Notes: generated by a model from the sequence alone, not told the origin. A stretch of DNA of 64,000 bases from Octopus vulgaris (GCA_951406725.2 OX597831.1:74772001-74836000), one strand, 5' to 3'; positions 1 to 13,134 are shown, counted from the first letter of the stretch. Numbers and translations: made by a program.

Positions 1-69
1 TTGCCAAAACGCACTATATATTCGTTCTTCACTCGTTTATTACTGTTCTTATTCTAACTCATGTCCATC

Positions 70-114
70 GTTCGGAAATCTTTCGTCACACATCTGTGAC
101 CTCTTCAGCAACAC
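70..114 (-). ncRNA. Putative minimal type I hammerhead ribozyme in a non-coding repeat fragment; same family as 52552-52597
   Basis: Minus strand reads CTGAAGA-G-GTCACA gatg TGTGAC-GAAA-gatt-TC. Stem II is perfect, stem I is weak. Flank 'aaaacgcactatatatt' resembles 52465-52485. Confidence 0.5.
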
Positions 115-244
115 TTTCTGTCCTTGTGTGTGCTCCTGCTCCACTTAATCCATTTTTTTCTTTTCATTTCTTTTCTTTTCTTTGTACTTGTCTCATTCTA
201 TCCTTCATATCTGCTAACCTATGTCCCAGCAGCGTTTGAACAAT

Positions 245-428
245 ATTATCGACTGCAGCCATACTGGAGCACCGCCTTGAAGGATTTTATTCGAACAAAT
301 CGACCCCAGCACTTATTTCGTAAGCCTAGTACTTATTCTATCGATATCTTTTTCCCGACTGCTAAATTACGGGACATAGACACACCAACACCGGTTGTCA
401 AACGATGATGGCGGACAAACACACACAT

Positions 429-475
<47 letters not shown>

Positions 476-642
476 CGACGGGCTTCTTTCAGTTTCTGTT
501 TACCAAATCCACTTACAAGGCTTTGGTCGGCCCAAGGCTATAGTAGAAAACATTTGCCCAAGGTGCCACGCAGTGGGAATGAACCCGGAACCATGTGGTT
601 GGGAACCATGTGGTTGGGAACCAAGTTCCTTACCACACAACC
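245..642 (-). mobile_element. tRNA-derived SINE, family A (internal TA/TG microsatellite)
   Basis: Reverse complement of the copies at 9184 and 13494 (gcaccttgggcaa...ggaaactgaaagaagcccgtcg...gctccagtatggc). Has a small internal duplication (ggaaccatgtggttg x2). Confidence 0.85.
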
Positions 643-663
643 GCGTCTCTCTTTCTCTCTCTT

Positions 664-735
<72 letters not shown>

Positions 736-738
<3 letters not shown>

Positions 739-952
739 GTTTCAAATTTTGGCACAACGCCACCAATTTCAAGGAGGTGGGGGGTAAGTTAATTACATTA
801 ACCCTAGTTCTCAAGTGGTACTTGTTTTATCGACCCCGAAAAGATGAAAAGCAAAGCCGACCTCGGTGTATTTGAACTCAGAATGTTAAGGCGGACGAAA
901 TGCCACCAAGCAATTTTGTCCGGCTTGCTAACGACTCTGGCAGCTCACCATC
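736..952 (-). mobile_element. tRNA-derived SINE, family B (diverged)
   Basis: Contains tcgaccccgaaaagatgaaaagcaaagccgacctcgg...tttgaactcagaa, shared with the many family B copies. Confidence 0.75.
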
Positions 953-1472
953 TTATGCATCTCCATAATGGAAAGTAATTAATGCAATTAACTGGATTAT
1001 TATTATTATTATTTTTATTCTGTGTTCGAATCCTGCGAACGTCAATTCTATTTTTCAAGTGTCCCAACTAAACGAAATTCGTACCAGTAATATACCAGTG
1101 ATAAACGATGAACAAAAAGCTACATTTTATCATTTCATAATTTCAAAATCTAATTTTTTGTTTAAATAATAAAATATTAATAAACTTTGTTTTAACTCTT
1201 TGGAGGAAGGAGCAAGTCAATTCCAACGATTCTAGTATTCAGCTGGTACTTAGTTATCGACCCCACACGCGAAGATTGAGACGGACCGGCCTCCCGTCCA
1301 GATGGGGAACCTATACGCCAATAAAATCGGGAAAACCCGCCCTTATGAGCCAAACATGGTTCGAGAGGAAGACTACAGCAACACTCGAAGATAACTGGCA
1401 CCGCTAAATTGCAACGCTTTCCACACAATCCATCCATTATTAAAATAAAAATTAGTTTCACTCTTCTTTGGG

Positions 1473-2068
1473 AGCGGCGAACTGGCAGAATCGTTAAGCA
1501 TACCGGGCGAAATGCTCAGCGGTATTTCGTCTGCCGTTACGTTCTTGGTTCAAATTCTGCCGATATCGACTTTGCCTTTCATCCTTTCGGGGTCGATTAG
1601 ATAAGTACCAGTTACGCACTGGGGTCGAGATAATCGACTTACTCCGTTCGTCTGTCCTTGTTTGTCCTCTCTCTGTATAGCCCCTTGTGGATAGTAAAGA
1701 AATGGGTATTTTGTCTGCCGCTACGTTCTGAGTTCAAATTCCGCCGAGGATGACTTTGCCTTTCATCCTTTCGGGGTCGATTAAATAAGTACCAGTTACG
1801 CACTGGCGTCGATATAATCGACTTAATCCGTTCGTCTATCCTTGTTTTTCCTCTCTGTGTTTAGCCCCTTGTGGGTAGTAAAGAAATAGGTAGTTTGTCT
1901 GCCGCTACGTTCTGAGTTCAAATTCCGCCGAGGTCGACTTTGCCTTTCATCCTTTCGGGGTCGATTAAATAAGTACCAGTTACGCACTGACGTCGATATA
2001 ATAGACTTAATCCGTTTGTCTGTCCTTGTTTGTCCCCTCTCTGTTTAGCCCCTTGTGGGCAGTAAAGA
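1473..2068 (+). mobile_element. SINE family B with its 3' body triplicated in tandem (~181-bp unit)
   Basis: Head gagcggcgaactggcagaatcgttaagc, then three copies of tctgccg-tacgttct...gactttgcctttcatcctttcggggtcga...gccccttgtgg-tagtaaagaaa. Confidence 0.88.
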
Positions 2069-2524
2069 AAGAAGAAACAATTGACGCCTTTCATTTGCGA
2101 TATATTTCTCAAAATTCGGCGCATAAACATTTTACTTTCTATCTTAAATATAATTTCCAACACATTTAATTGGTTGATTAAAATAATTGCCATTCTCTCA
2201 CTTGAAAATGTCTTTTTTAATATTTTTAACATAAAAAATATTTTCATTTTCCTAAATTTCTTTCAAATCTCAGACGTTCTGCCCCTCTCACCTGTAAAGT
2301 CTTCTGTAGATCTCGGCATTTAGGAACGAAAATATGGTCTTTATTTGCAGACCTTACAAAAGCCTGGCTGCAATTAAAGGAAATCTTTGGGTGGAGCCGG
2401 GGTGAAGTCGGGGTGAAGTCGGGGTGAAGTCGGGGTGGGTAGTGAATGGAAAATAAACGGGCGTTTAATTGTGAAGTTTATGGGTGCATGATTATCCAAA
2501 GACTAACGTCTTCAATGGCGTGGC

Positions 2525-2577
<53 letters not shown>

Positions 2578-2679
2578 TAATAATAATGAAATGTTTTCTT
2601 TCATTGATTACCGAGTTATATATGTACTCATTCATCTGTAGTAATGAAGAGGAGGGTGAAGGGGAGATTGCTGTTGCTC

Positions 2680-2916
2680 TTGATGATAAAAATGATAATG
2701 AAGATGACGATGACGATGACGACGACAACGACGACGACAATAATGACGATGAGGATGAGGACGAAGATGAGGATGAGGATGACGGTGACGGCAACGGCGA
2801 TTACGAAGACGACGACGACGACAACGATGACGATGATGATGATGACGAAGATGACGACGATGAGGATTATTATAAAATGATGACGATGATGATTATGATG
2901 ATGATGACGATGACGG

Positions 2917-2968
<52 letters not shown>

Positions 2969-2991
2969 GATGGTGATGATGATGAAGATGG

Positions 2992-3026
<35 letters not shown>

Positions 3027-3051
3027 ATGATGATGATGATGACGATGACGG

Positions 3052-3082
<31 letters not shown>

Positions 3083-3089
3083 AATGATA

Positions 3090-3127
<38 letters not shown>

Positions 3128-3220
3128 AATGATGAGGATGAAGATGGTGATGATGATGAGGATGATGAAGATGGTGATGATGATGAGGATGATGATGATG
3201 ATGATGACGATGACGGTGAT
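2680..3220. repeat. (GAT/GAC)n trinucleotide microsatellite
   Basis: Directly visible. Confidence 0.95.
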
Positions 3221-3565
3221 AACAGCCAATTGGTAAATAATTCAAACAAGTTAAATAAGAATTATATAAATAGATGTAAAAATAAAATGAAATTTAAAAA
3301 AAAAATGAAAACGATGAAAGGAAACAAGGAAATATTTACTAATTTTTCGTTCAGTTATATTTGTTTACCGTTTATTTCGTTTGAAATCCCCCTCACCCCC
3401 ACCTCTTCTCCATCCCAATCCTGCACCACCCACCCTGCTCCCGCGACCCTCCACCCTCCAACCGCCAATTTATTGGGCATTGAACCAGATGGAGTTAATA
3501 ACTTGTTTGTTACAAAGTGCACCAGAGAAGGGAGGACAAAAATATCTTCTTGGAACAACAACCAC

Positions 3566-3636
<71 letters not shown>

Positions 3637-3797
3637 TTAATGATGATGATGATGATGGTTTCTTTTATTGGTCACAAGTGTCCATACGTACTAAATGCAA
3701 AACGTATCTTAGTAAAGGGGTTAAAACGCATGCAGCTACACACAAACAAACACACACATGTGCAAAATATTCATTTATGTACACATACATATACAGT

Positions 3798-3916
3798 GGG
3801 TTCAGTCCCACTGTGTGGCACCTTGGGCAAGTGTCTTCTGTTATAGCCTCGGGCCGACCAATGCCTTGTGAGTGGATTTGGTAGACGGAAACTGAAAGAA
3901 GCTTGTCGTATATATG

Positions 3917-3953
<37 letters not shown>

Positions 3954-4175
3954 TTGTATGTGTGTGTTTGTGTGTCTGTGTTTGTCCCCCTAGCATTGCT
4001 TGACAACCGATGCTGGTGTGTTTACGTCCCCGTCACTTAGCGGGTCGGCAAAAGAGACCGATAATATAAGTACTGGGCTTACAAAGATTAAGTACCGGGG
4101 TCGATTTGCTCGACTAAAGGCGGCGCTCCAGCATGGCCACAGTCAAATGACTGAAACAAGTAAAAGAGTAAAGAG
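3798..4175 (+). mobile_element. SINE family A, 5'-truncated
   Basis: Starts at B-box gggttcagtccc and ends gactgaaacaagtaaaagag. Confidence 0.88.
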
Positions 4176-4193
4176 TATATACATATATATGTC

Positions 4194-4227
<34 letters not shown>

Positions 4228-4283
4228 TGTATGTATGTATGTATGTATGTATTCATATTTACATAGATATTATAGAAAGTATC

Positions 4284-5577
4284 TATCAGGTCATCCCATA
4301 AGTTCTGTCCGAATTTTGAATAAAGAAAACAAGTGATCAAATTTTATAATTAATTGAATTATAATTAATTGAATCATCAATGTATTTTCCCTGATTGTCT
4401 ATCACTTCCTTCCATCTATTTGCAAGCTTTTTAATCCCATCAATGTAAAACTCTTTTGGTTTCAAAGCGCAGAACTCTTAAATGTCAGTTTCGACATCCT
4501 GCCTGCTTGCGAAAGTTATGTCCCCCAAATGATTCTGTAAACTACGAAACAAATGGTAGTCTGAAGGAGCAAGGTCGGGGGAATAAGGTGGATGAGGAAT
4601 TTTTTCCAAACCAAGCTCTTCGATCTTTTGTGATGAGATCTTTGCAGTGTGGGGTCGCGCATTGTCCTGATGAAACATCACTCCTTTTCGATTCACTAAA
4701 GCGGGTCTTTCTTTCTTCAAAGCTTGGTTCAAACGCTCTAATTGCTGACAGTTGACTTGAGCATTGATTGTTGCATTAGGTGGTAACAATTCAAAGTGAA
4801 TTACTCCTTTGCAATCCCACCAGGTATAGAGAAGAACCTTTTTCCCATGAAGTTCCCTTCTCGGTTGTTGTCGAGCTGTTTCCCTTTTACCATGCCACTG
4901 TTTACGACGTTTAACATTTCGATAGAAGATCCATTTTACGCCACCAGTCCGAAGTCTATCCAAAAAGGGTGAAATGAGTTTGCGAGAATGGAGAGAATAG
5001 CAGATGTCAACTCGGGATTTGCGGTTGCTTTCGGACAATTCATGAGGTACCCATTTTCCAAGTTTAGGAAACTTTCCAAGTTGTTAAAGATGACGATGAA
5101 CAGTTGTATGGTTTGAACTAAGCTTTATTGCCAATTCTTCAACTGATAATGCAAGATTTTCTTCAAGTAATGCCTCCAGGAGCTTATCATCAGACTCAAC
5201 TGGACGTTCTGTTCGATCTTCACCTTCAAGGCTGAAATCTCCACTTTTGAATTTTGCAAACCATCTTCTGTAAGTTCTTTCATTCAAGCATTATTTACCA
5301 TAAGCTGAGTGCATGTTTCGAGTCGCTTCGGGTGCAGAGTTTCCTTTTTTGTACTCATAAAAGATTATGTGCCTCCAATGGTCTTTGGATACTTCCATCT
5401 TACAAAGGGTTTTAATCAAAGAAATTTTAATTATATTATACTGTAAAGTAATATTTAATTTGTTTAAATGTACACAAATACATAAAAATAATGTTTAATT
5501 CCACTAGACATTCTAAAATACTATTAAATTCCATTCAAAAAAGGTAAAATCAGACAAACTTATGGGATGACTTGATA
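4284..5577 (-). mobile_element. Full-length (~1.29 kb) mariner DNA transposon, inactive
   Basis: TIRs tatcaggtcatcccataagtt / aacttatgggatgacttgata. Transposase motifs are on the minus strand. Confidence 0.92.
4365..5398 (-). pseudogene. Mariner (DD34D) transposase with stops and frameshifts
   Basis: ORF pieces contain RRWFAKFKSGDFSLE, KWIFY, FHQDNARPH and HPPYSPDLAPSDYHLF. Confidence 0.9.
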
Positions 5578-5707
5578 TAATACACACACACACACACACA
5601 CACAAATATATACATATATACTGTATATATTCTCATATATACCTATATTATGGAAAGTATGGACGTTCGTATATCTATGCACCTATTTATATAAATTGTA
5701 TCTGCTA

Positions 5708-5761
<54 letters not shown>

Positions 5762-5940
5762 ATTCGTGCGTGTGTCTGTCTCTTTACCCACGCCCTCTTT
5801 CTCTTCGCTCTCTTCCTATCTCTCTCTCTCTCTCTCTCTCTCTCTTCCTATCTCTCTCTCTCTCTCACTCCTCTTTCTCTCTCTCAAACAATTGTAACCG
5901 GTCATTAAATGTGTGCTAAACTCTTTCATTATCTCATCTG

Positions 5941-5978
<38 letters not shown>

Positions 5979-6002
5979 TATATATATATATATATATGCC
6001 CA

Positions 6003-6158
6003 GTAGTGGCTGTGTGGTAAGTAGCTTATTTACCAACCACATGGTTCCGAGTTCAGTCCCACTGCGTGGCACCTTGGGCAACTGTCTTCTACTATAGCCT
6101 TGTGCCGACAAAAGCCTTGTGAGTGGATATGGTAAACGGAAACTGAAAGAAGCCTGTC

Positions 6159-6214
<56 letters not shown>

Positions 6215-6235
6215 TCGTACACACACACACACACA

Positions 6236-6306
<71 letters not shown>

Positions 6307-6470
6307 ATATATATATGTATATATATGTGTGTGTATAAGTCTGTGTGTCTGGTTTTTTCCCCCACCAACGCTTGACAACCGATGTTGGTGTGTTTACGTC
6401 CCCGTAACTTAGTGGTGCCCCAGTATGGCCGCTGTCAAATCACTGAAATAAGTAAAAGAATAAAAGAAAG
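6003..6470 (+). mobile_element. SINE family A with internal deletion
   Basis: A-box agtggctgtgtgg, B-box gagttcagtccc, family A body and tail. Confidence 0.85.
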
Positions 6471-6545
6471 AATATATAATATAGTACAACATTGGGTAAA
6501 TGTCTTCTACTATAGCCTCAGGCAGACCATATATATATATATATA

Positions 6546-6868
6546 TCTCTATATATAAACGGCAGTTTGTCTGTGCGTGTTTCTGTGTGTCTGTTTTCTC
6601 GTACCCTCACTCTGACCACGGCTTTCAACCGATTCTGATGAAACTTGACACACACATAGCCCAATGTCATAATTCAAAACTAACGCAGCGAAAATTTTGA
6701 AAAGTTCCCCCAATTCTGAAAAAAATCGATAAATTCGACATGGGGTCGAGAATTAAAAACACAAACCACAGACTGTCTAGGGGACGCAGCTCCACCTTTT
6801 TTAAATCTCAAAAAGAAATTTACCATCATTTTTTTCCATTTTTTTGCTATTTTTTGGCTATAACTCTC
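6546..6868 (+). mobile_element. Non-autonomous Helitron-like 5' fragment
   Basis: Begins tctatatataaa...gtttgtctgt and contains aaccgattctgatgaaacttg. This resembles invertebrate non-autonomous Helitron 5' ends. No 3' CTAG end seen. Confidence 0.45.
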
Positions 6869-7070
6869 TATGTATGTATGTATGTATGTATGTATGTATG
6901 TGTGTATGTATGTGTGTATGTATGTATGTGTATGTATGTATGTATGTATGTATGTATGTGTGTATGTATGTATGTATGTATGTATGTATGTATGTATGTA
7001 TGTGTGTATGTATGTATGTATGTATGTATGTATGTATGTATGTATGTATTCTACTTCCTGCATGTCTATG

Positions 7071-7102
<32 letters not shown>

Positions 7103-7555
7103 TGTATGTATGTATGTATGTATTCATTATGTATGTATGTATGTATGTATGTATGTATGTATGTATGTATGTATGTATGTATGTATGTATGTATGTATGT
7201 ATGTATGTATGTATGTATGTATTCATTATGTATGTATGTATGTATGTATGTATGTATGTATGTGTGTATGTATGTATGTATGTATGTGTGTATGTGTGTA
7301 TGTATACGCATGTGTGTATGTATGTATGTATGTATGTATGTATGTATGTATGTATGTGTGTATGTATGTATGTATGTATGTGTGTATGTATACGCATGTG
7401 TGTATGTATGTATGTATGTATGTATGTATGTATGTATGTATGTATGTATGAGTGTATGTATGTATGTATGTATGTATGAGTGTATGTATGTATGTATGTA
7501 TGAGTGTATGTATGTATGTATGTATGTATGTATGTATGATTGTATGTATATATGT
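6869..7555. repeat. (TATG)n tetranucleotide microsatellite
   Basis: Directly visible. Confidence 0.95.
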
Positions 7556-8200
7556 ATCTATGCTTACGCACTAATAAAGCAACCTAAGTAATAAGGATCT
7601 ATAAACGCACACACACACACACTCATGCATAAACGATGTCACTTATACTGGTAGTCAGTGACCTAATGCCGACACACATACACACATACGTACACATAAA
7701 TTAATTGAGGCAGTAAACATACGTATATACACACACGAGCACAGATTTAAACACACAAACCAAAAGGCACCATAAACATCGATGGTTCGTAAAAAAACTT
7801 ATATTTCATTTTTATTTTATTTATTATTTTATTAGTAATATAAATTTTTATTTGTTTTCATTATTTATTATTAATCTTTATTTTTATCCGTTATTTTATT
7901 CTGGCATACTTTAATTCTTTATTATCCTTATTATTATTTATGTTTTCAAATAAAAAATAAAAACATTAATGCGCGCGTGCGCTTTCGTCAGCTTAGTCTG
8001 TTGGAGTATTTCACTTGGTCAAAATCTAAACTTTGTAATGTCCATTTTACCCTGAAGAGCTTCCACCCAGGGTACTCAAAATGCAAACTTATATTATTAT
8101 ATATGTTTTGTAATTTAAATTGGGTGTGAAGTGAAACAATTGTAGGCAATGTTAATTCATTAATGAATTGATTTATATCCATTGAATCTCTTCATTTTCA

Positions 8201-8719
<519 letters not shown>

Positions 8720-9183
8720 TATATTATACCAAACAAATACAAATAAATACAAACAGAGGTGACCAACCGACCCAGCGTACGTATGTTTTCCTTCGAAGCA
8801 AACAATTGAGAATAACGAATGTCTTATTGTGGTCAACTTCTCATTGCAGCGGCTGTTAAATCTTCTATGTTATGATGCAGTTAATAGAATATTGTATCTT
8901 TACGATGTATCAACAATAATTTTGTCCCCAGAATGTTCGAACGCGTACTTATATTGACACAGTTCTATAGGAACTATTTTGCTTCAAGATGTTACACTTT
9001 CGGGGTAAAACTATTCCAAAATCTAAAAAAAAAATACACGGGATTGTAAATATCATTCAATAAGATGTAAATATCTTCAATAAGATGTTGAGCATTGTAC
9101 AATGATAGCCGCTTACAGTTATTTACTAATAGTCGTAAGTGTTGTCCGTTTCTTTAGCCATCTATGTATCATATTTAGTGTAT

Positions 9184-9585
9184 AGGCGTAGGAGTGGCTG
9201 TGTGGTAAGTAGTTTGCTTGCCAACCACATATTTCCGGGTTCAGTCCCACTGCGTGGCACCTTGGGCAAGTGTCTTCTTCTATAGCCTTGGGCCGACCAA
9301 AGCCTTGTGAGTGGATTTGGTAGACGGAAACTGAAAGAAGCCCCTCGTATATATGTATATGTATATATGTGTGTGTGTGTGTTTGTGTGTCTGTGTTTGT
9401 CCCCCTAGCATTGCTTGACAACCGATGCTGGTGTGTTTATATCCCCGTCACTTAGCGGTTCGGCAAAAGAGTCCGATAGAATAAGTACTGGGCTTACAAA
9501 GAATAAGTCCCGGGGTGGAGTTGCTCGACTAAAGGCGGTACTCCAGCATGGCCGCAGTCAAATGACTGAAACAAGTAAAAGAAAA
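9184..9585 (+). mobile_element. SINE family A, full length
   Basis: gcgtaggagtggctgtgtggtaag (A-box), gggttcagtccc (B-box), tail gactgaaacaagtaaaag. Confidence 0.9.
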
Positions 9586-10087
9586 AAAATATACCACTGA
9601 TAGGTCAGTTATTGATGTATTACTCTGAGATAACATCTCTTTTGGTCGCGCTCTTTTGAAAACAATAAATGTCGGAAGGAGACAAAAATAGTAAGAACGT
9701 TTCGACCGCTTTAAGCCTTTTTTTTTTCTGATCTTTTTCCGATGCTACGAAATCTGTTTTATCCCAAAGTTTTATAAATAGCGGACGACAAGTGGTTAAT
9801 TTATTTCCCTTCGCTGCATTATTGATGAGTAAATTAGAAAAAGGGAACATTAATTAAAATCTAGAGTAATTTCTAATTAGATATTATATCACCTACAGGT
9901 CACCATCGTGTTGCTCCCCCACCACACACACACCTTACTTGTATATATCATTGCAGCTACGTAATTTTGTGCTAATTCCGTCAGTCTAAGGTTATGGCGT
10001 AACTCAGGCTTCGTGGGATGCACAGCTATACTGACTACAGCGGACACGATGTTCATATCCGCCAGGCAATATCACATTTTCTATCTC

Positions 10088-10154
<67 letters not shown>

Positions 10155-10164
10155 GGTCTATTTG

Positions 10165-10205
<41 letters not shown>

Positions 10206-10208
10206 TTG

Positions 10209-10260
<52 letters not shown>

Positions 10261-10339
10261 CCTACCTACCTACCTACCTACCTACCTACCTACTACCTAT
10301 CAACCTATTTATCTATCTATATACCTGGTTTGTATGTAC

Positions 10340-10402
<63 letters not shown>

Positions 10403-10405
<3 letters not shown>

Positions 10406-10670
10406 GTAAAATAATATGTGACATATTTTAAAATAATATTCGGTAGCCAAGATAAAACTCTGAGTTTCGGATGCCGAGTGGAAATCCACACTACCATCCA
10501 GATAACCGAAGAGATGGTCGTGGTGTGGATTTCCACCTTGGTATCCGAAACTCAGAGTTTTATCTTGGCTACCGAATAATTGTCACATATTATTTTACAG
10601 ATAAATTCCTCTATTTACATAATATTGGGGTCTCTTTCTTTCTTTTGTTATCTTACCGTTTTTACCAATA
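10403..10670 (+). mobile_element. Fold-back, hammerhead-bearing non-autonomous element in (TA)n (Penelope pLTR-like)
   Basis: ~95-bp inverted arms (10403-10498 / 10513-10603). Homologous to 27520-27712. Confidence 0.7.
10500..10566 (+). ncRNA. Type I hammerhead motif, U4C core variant
   Basis: AGATAA-CCGAAGA-GAT...ATC-C-GAAA-CTC a GAG-TT/TTATCT. Stem I is agataa/ttatct. Confidence 0.55.
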
Positions 10671-10754
10671 TATATATACACACACTCATTTATGAGTATA
10701 TAAAATATTCATATTAGAGGATGCGGATAAACCCCGCCAACACGCTAGAAACAG

Positions 10755-10930
10755 AATCCAAATGGCTCTAAAACCACATCTATACTCCATTCATACTGTT
10801 TGTAAGCGGGCAGATAAAAAATGAATAAGATTTTTTTAAAATTGTACAATCTTATTTAATTTTTTCATCTCCTGCTTACAACCTGCCCTAACGGAATGTA
10901 CATGTGGTTTTTAGAGCCACGTGGCATCCA
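10755..10930. repeat. Degenerate palindromic (MITE-like) element
   Basis: tggctctaaaaccacat / atgtggtttttagagcca and ttgtaagc...aataagatt / aatcttatt...gcttacaa. Confidence 0.55.
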
Positions 10931-11492
10931 TTAATATATTTATTTTATATAATCATATTTTAGTACGTGTATATATATATATATATATAACCTTTGCATT
11001 TGATTTTTTGATGTCTTTACCCCCAAACTTTCGTGAGTTGAGTTGAGCAAGCACTATATGAGAGAGATTTTCTTTAAGTATTAGAAATAGTTTTAAAAAA
11101 GTTTTTTAGCTGCTATTTCTAATGAGTTCAATATGCGGCAAAGTAATTTATTTTACTAAGCCCTTTTATATAATGTAATAATTTGAATTCGCCTTAAATG
11201 GTCCCTTTGCATACTGAACACTTGGTGAAATTGATTGATAATTAATTAATTTTACCCTCAATTGTTGAAATTATAATTAATCTCCCTCTAATTAATGCTT
11301 CGGATTTTACCGAAATAAGCATAGTGTTTGCTGATTTTAACCCACGCTGGTGGAAAGGGAGAACAGAAAATCTTCGCTTGCATATTTGAGTTTGTTGGCA
11401 CTGTTAGTTACGAGCAGATCTTCGAAAGCGATGAGAAGCCGAAAGGGTATGCTCTCACTTTCAGTGTTTTCAAATCCAAACCAAGGAGTTTC

Positions 11493-11544
11493 TGAGCTGA
11501 TGATAGAAGTGTCGTGTTGACTAATCTTGAAACGTACGTTCTCA
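11493..11544 (+). ncRNA. Type I hammerhead ribozyme motif
   Basis: TGAG-CTGATGA-t-AGA..GTC gtgtt GAC..TCT-t-GAAA-CGTACG-TT/CTCA. Stem III is the palindrome ACGTACGT. Confidence 0.72.
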
Positions 11545-12052
11545 AATAACCTTTGCATTTGATTTTTTGATGTCTTTACCCCCAAACTTTCGTGAGTTGA
11601 GTTGAGCAAGCACTATATGAGAGAGATTTTCTTTAAGTATTAGAAATAGTTTTAAAAAAGTTTTTTAGCTGCTATTTCTAATGAGTTCAGTATGCGGCAA
11701 AGTAATTTATTTTACTAAGCCCTTTTATATAATGTAATAATTTGAATTCGCCTTAAATGGTCCCTTTGCATACTGAACACTTGGTGAAATTGATTGATAA
11801 TTAATTAATTTTACCCTCAATTGTTGAAATTATAATTAATCTCCCTCTAATTAATGCTTCGGATTTTACCGAAATAAGCATAGTGTTTGCTGATTTTAAC
11901 CCACGCTGGTGGAAAGGGGAGAACAGAAATTCTTCGCTTGCATATTTGAGTTTGTTGGCACTGTTAGTTACGAGCAGATCTTCGAAAGCGATGAGAAGCC
12001 GAAAGGGTATGCTCTCACTTTCAGTGTTTTCAAATCCAAACCAAGGAGTTTC

Positions 12053-12104
12053 TGAGCTGATGATAGAAGTGTCGTGTTGACTAATCTTGAAACGTACGTT
12101 CTCA
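12053..12104 (+). ncRNA. Type I hammerhead ribozyme motif (second unit)
   Basis: Identical to 11493-11544. Confidence 0.72.
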
Positions 12105-12386
12105 AATAACCTTTGCATTTGATTTTTTGATGTCTTTACCCCCAAACTTTCGTGAGTTGAGTTGAGCAAGCACTATATGAGAGAGATTTTCTTTAAGTAT
12201 TAGAAATAGTTTTAAAAAAGTTTTTTAGCTGCTATTTCTAATGAGTTCAGTATGCGGCAAAGTAATTTATTTTACTAAGCCCTTTTATATAATGTAATAA
12301 TTTGAATTCGCCTTAAATGGTCCCTTTGCATACTGAACACTTGGTGAAATTGATTAATAATTAATTAATTTTACCCTCAATTGTTG

Positions 12387-12460
<74 letters not shown>

Positions 12461-12728
12461 CGTCTTGCTGATGAAACCGGCCTTAGCAAACATATTCTGT
12501 CTGTTTTGCTAGAAAGAGGTAGAAACTGATCAGTCCGGGATGTATCGTTATTGGTAAATGTTTTGATTTTCACTCTCGATAAATTTATCCCTTTTTTGTG
12601 TCCCTAGCACTTGGCATCATTATTTAGGAGCCCTTAATTATATTTCTATATGAATAATATTTTGTCTAATGACTAATTCGTCCTTTGTGCTGGGCCACTG
12701 GTAGTAATCTATATTATTACCCTTTTTG

Positions 12729-12731
<3 letters not shown>
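12461..12731 (+). mobile_element. (TA)n-flanked non-coding element beginning with a hammerhead (12463-12540)
   Basis: TCTTG-CTGATGA-a-ACC..TTAGCAAA..TTTGCTAG..GGT-a-GAAA-CTGATCAG-TC/CGGGA. Confidence 0.68.
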
Positions 12732-12778
<47 letters not shown>

Positions 12779-12781
12779 GAC

Positions 12782-12858
<77 letters not shown>

Positions 12859-12963
12859 TATATATGTGTGTGTGTGTGTGTGTGTAGTTTTTGTTTTGTC
12901 TGAGAAGACTCTTTAGAGTCTTTAACACACTCACCGACTCGATTTCCTCTCATTTACTTGTTT

Positions 12964-13055
<92 letters not shown>

Positions 13056-13058
13056 GAC

Positions 13059-13134
<76 letters not shown>

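Larger units (their letters stand above)
10987..12390 (+). mobile_element. 2.5-unit tandem array of a 560-bp hammerhead-containing repeat (non-LTR retrozyme / Penelope pLTR-like) in (TA)n
   Basis: Units start at 10987, 11546 and 12106 and are nearly identical. One hammerhead per full unit. A second locus is at 36863-37823. Confidence 0.85.

Noticed and set aside
2484-3236. 250-aa acidic/poly-Met ORF
   Set aside because: It is a (GAT/GAC)n microsatellite that is open in several frames, with no domain or splice evidence.
6630-6660. CTGATGA as a hammerhead core
   Set aside because: It overlaps the GAAA directly with no stem II, and it is part of a Helitron-like motif.
11801-12169. 122-aa ORF repeated at 37234 as a protein gene
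   Set aside because: It has a TTG start, is antisense to the ribozyme, shows no recognisable domain, and is frameshifted in the first unit. Its recurrence reflects repeat identity.
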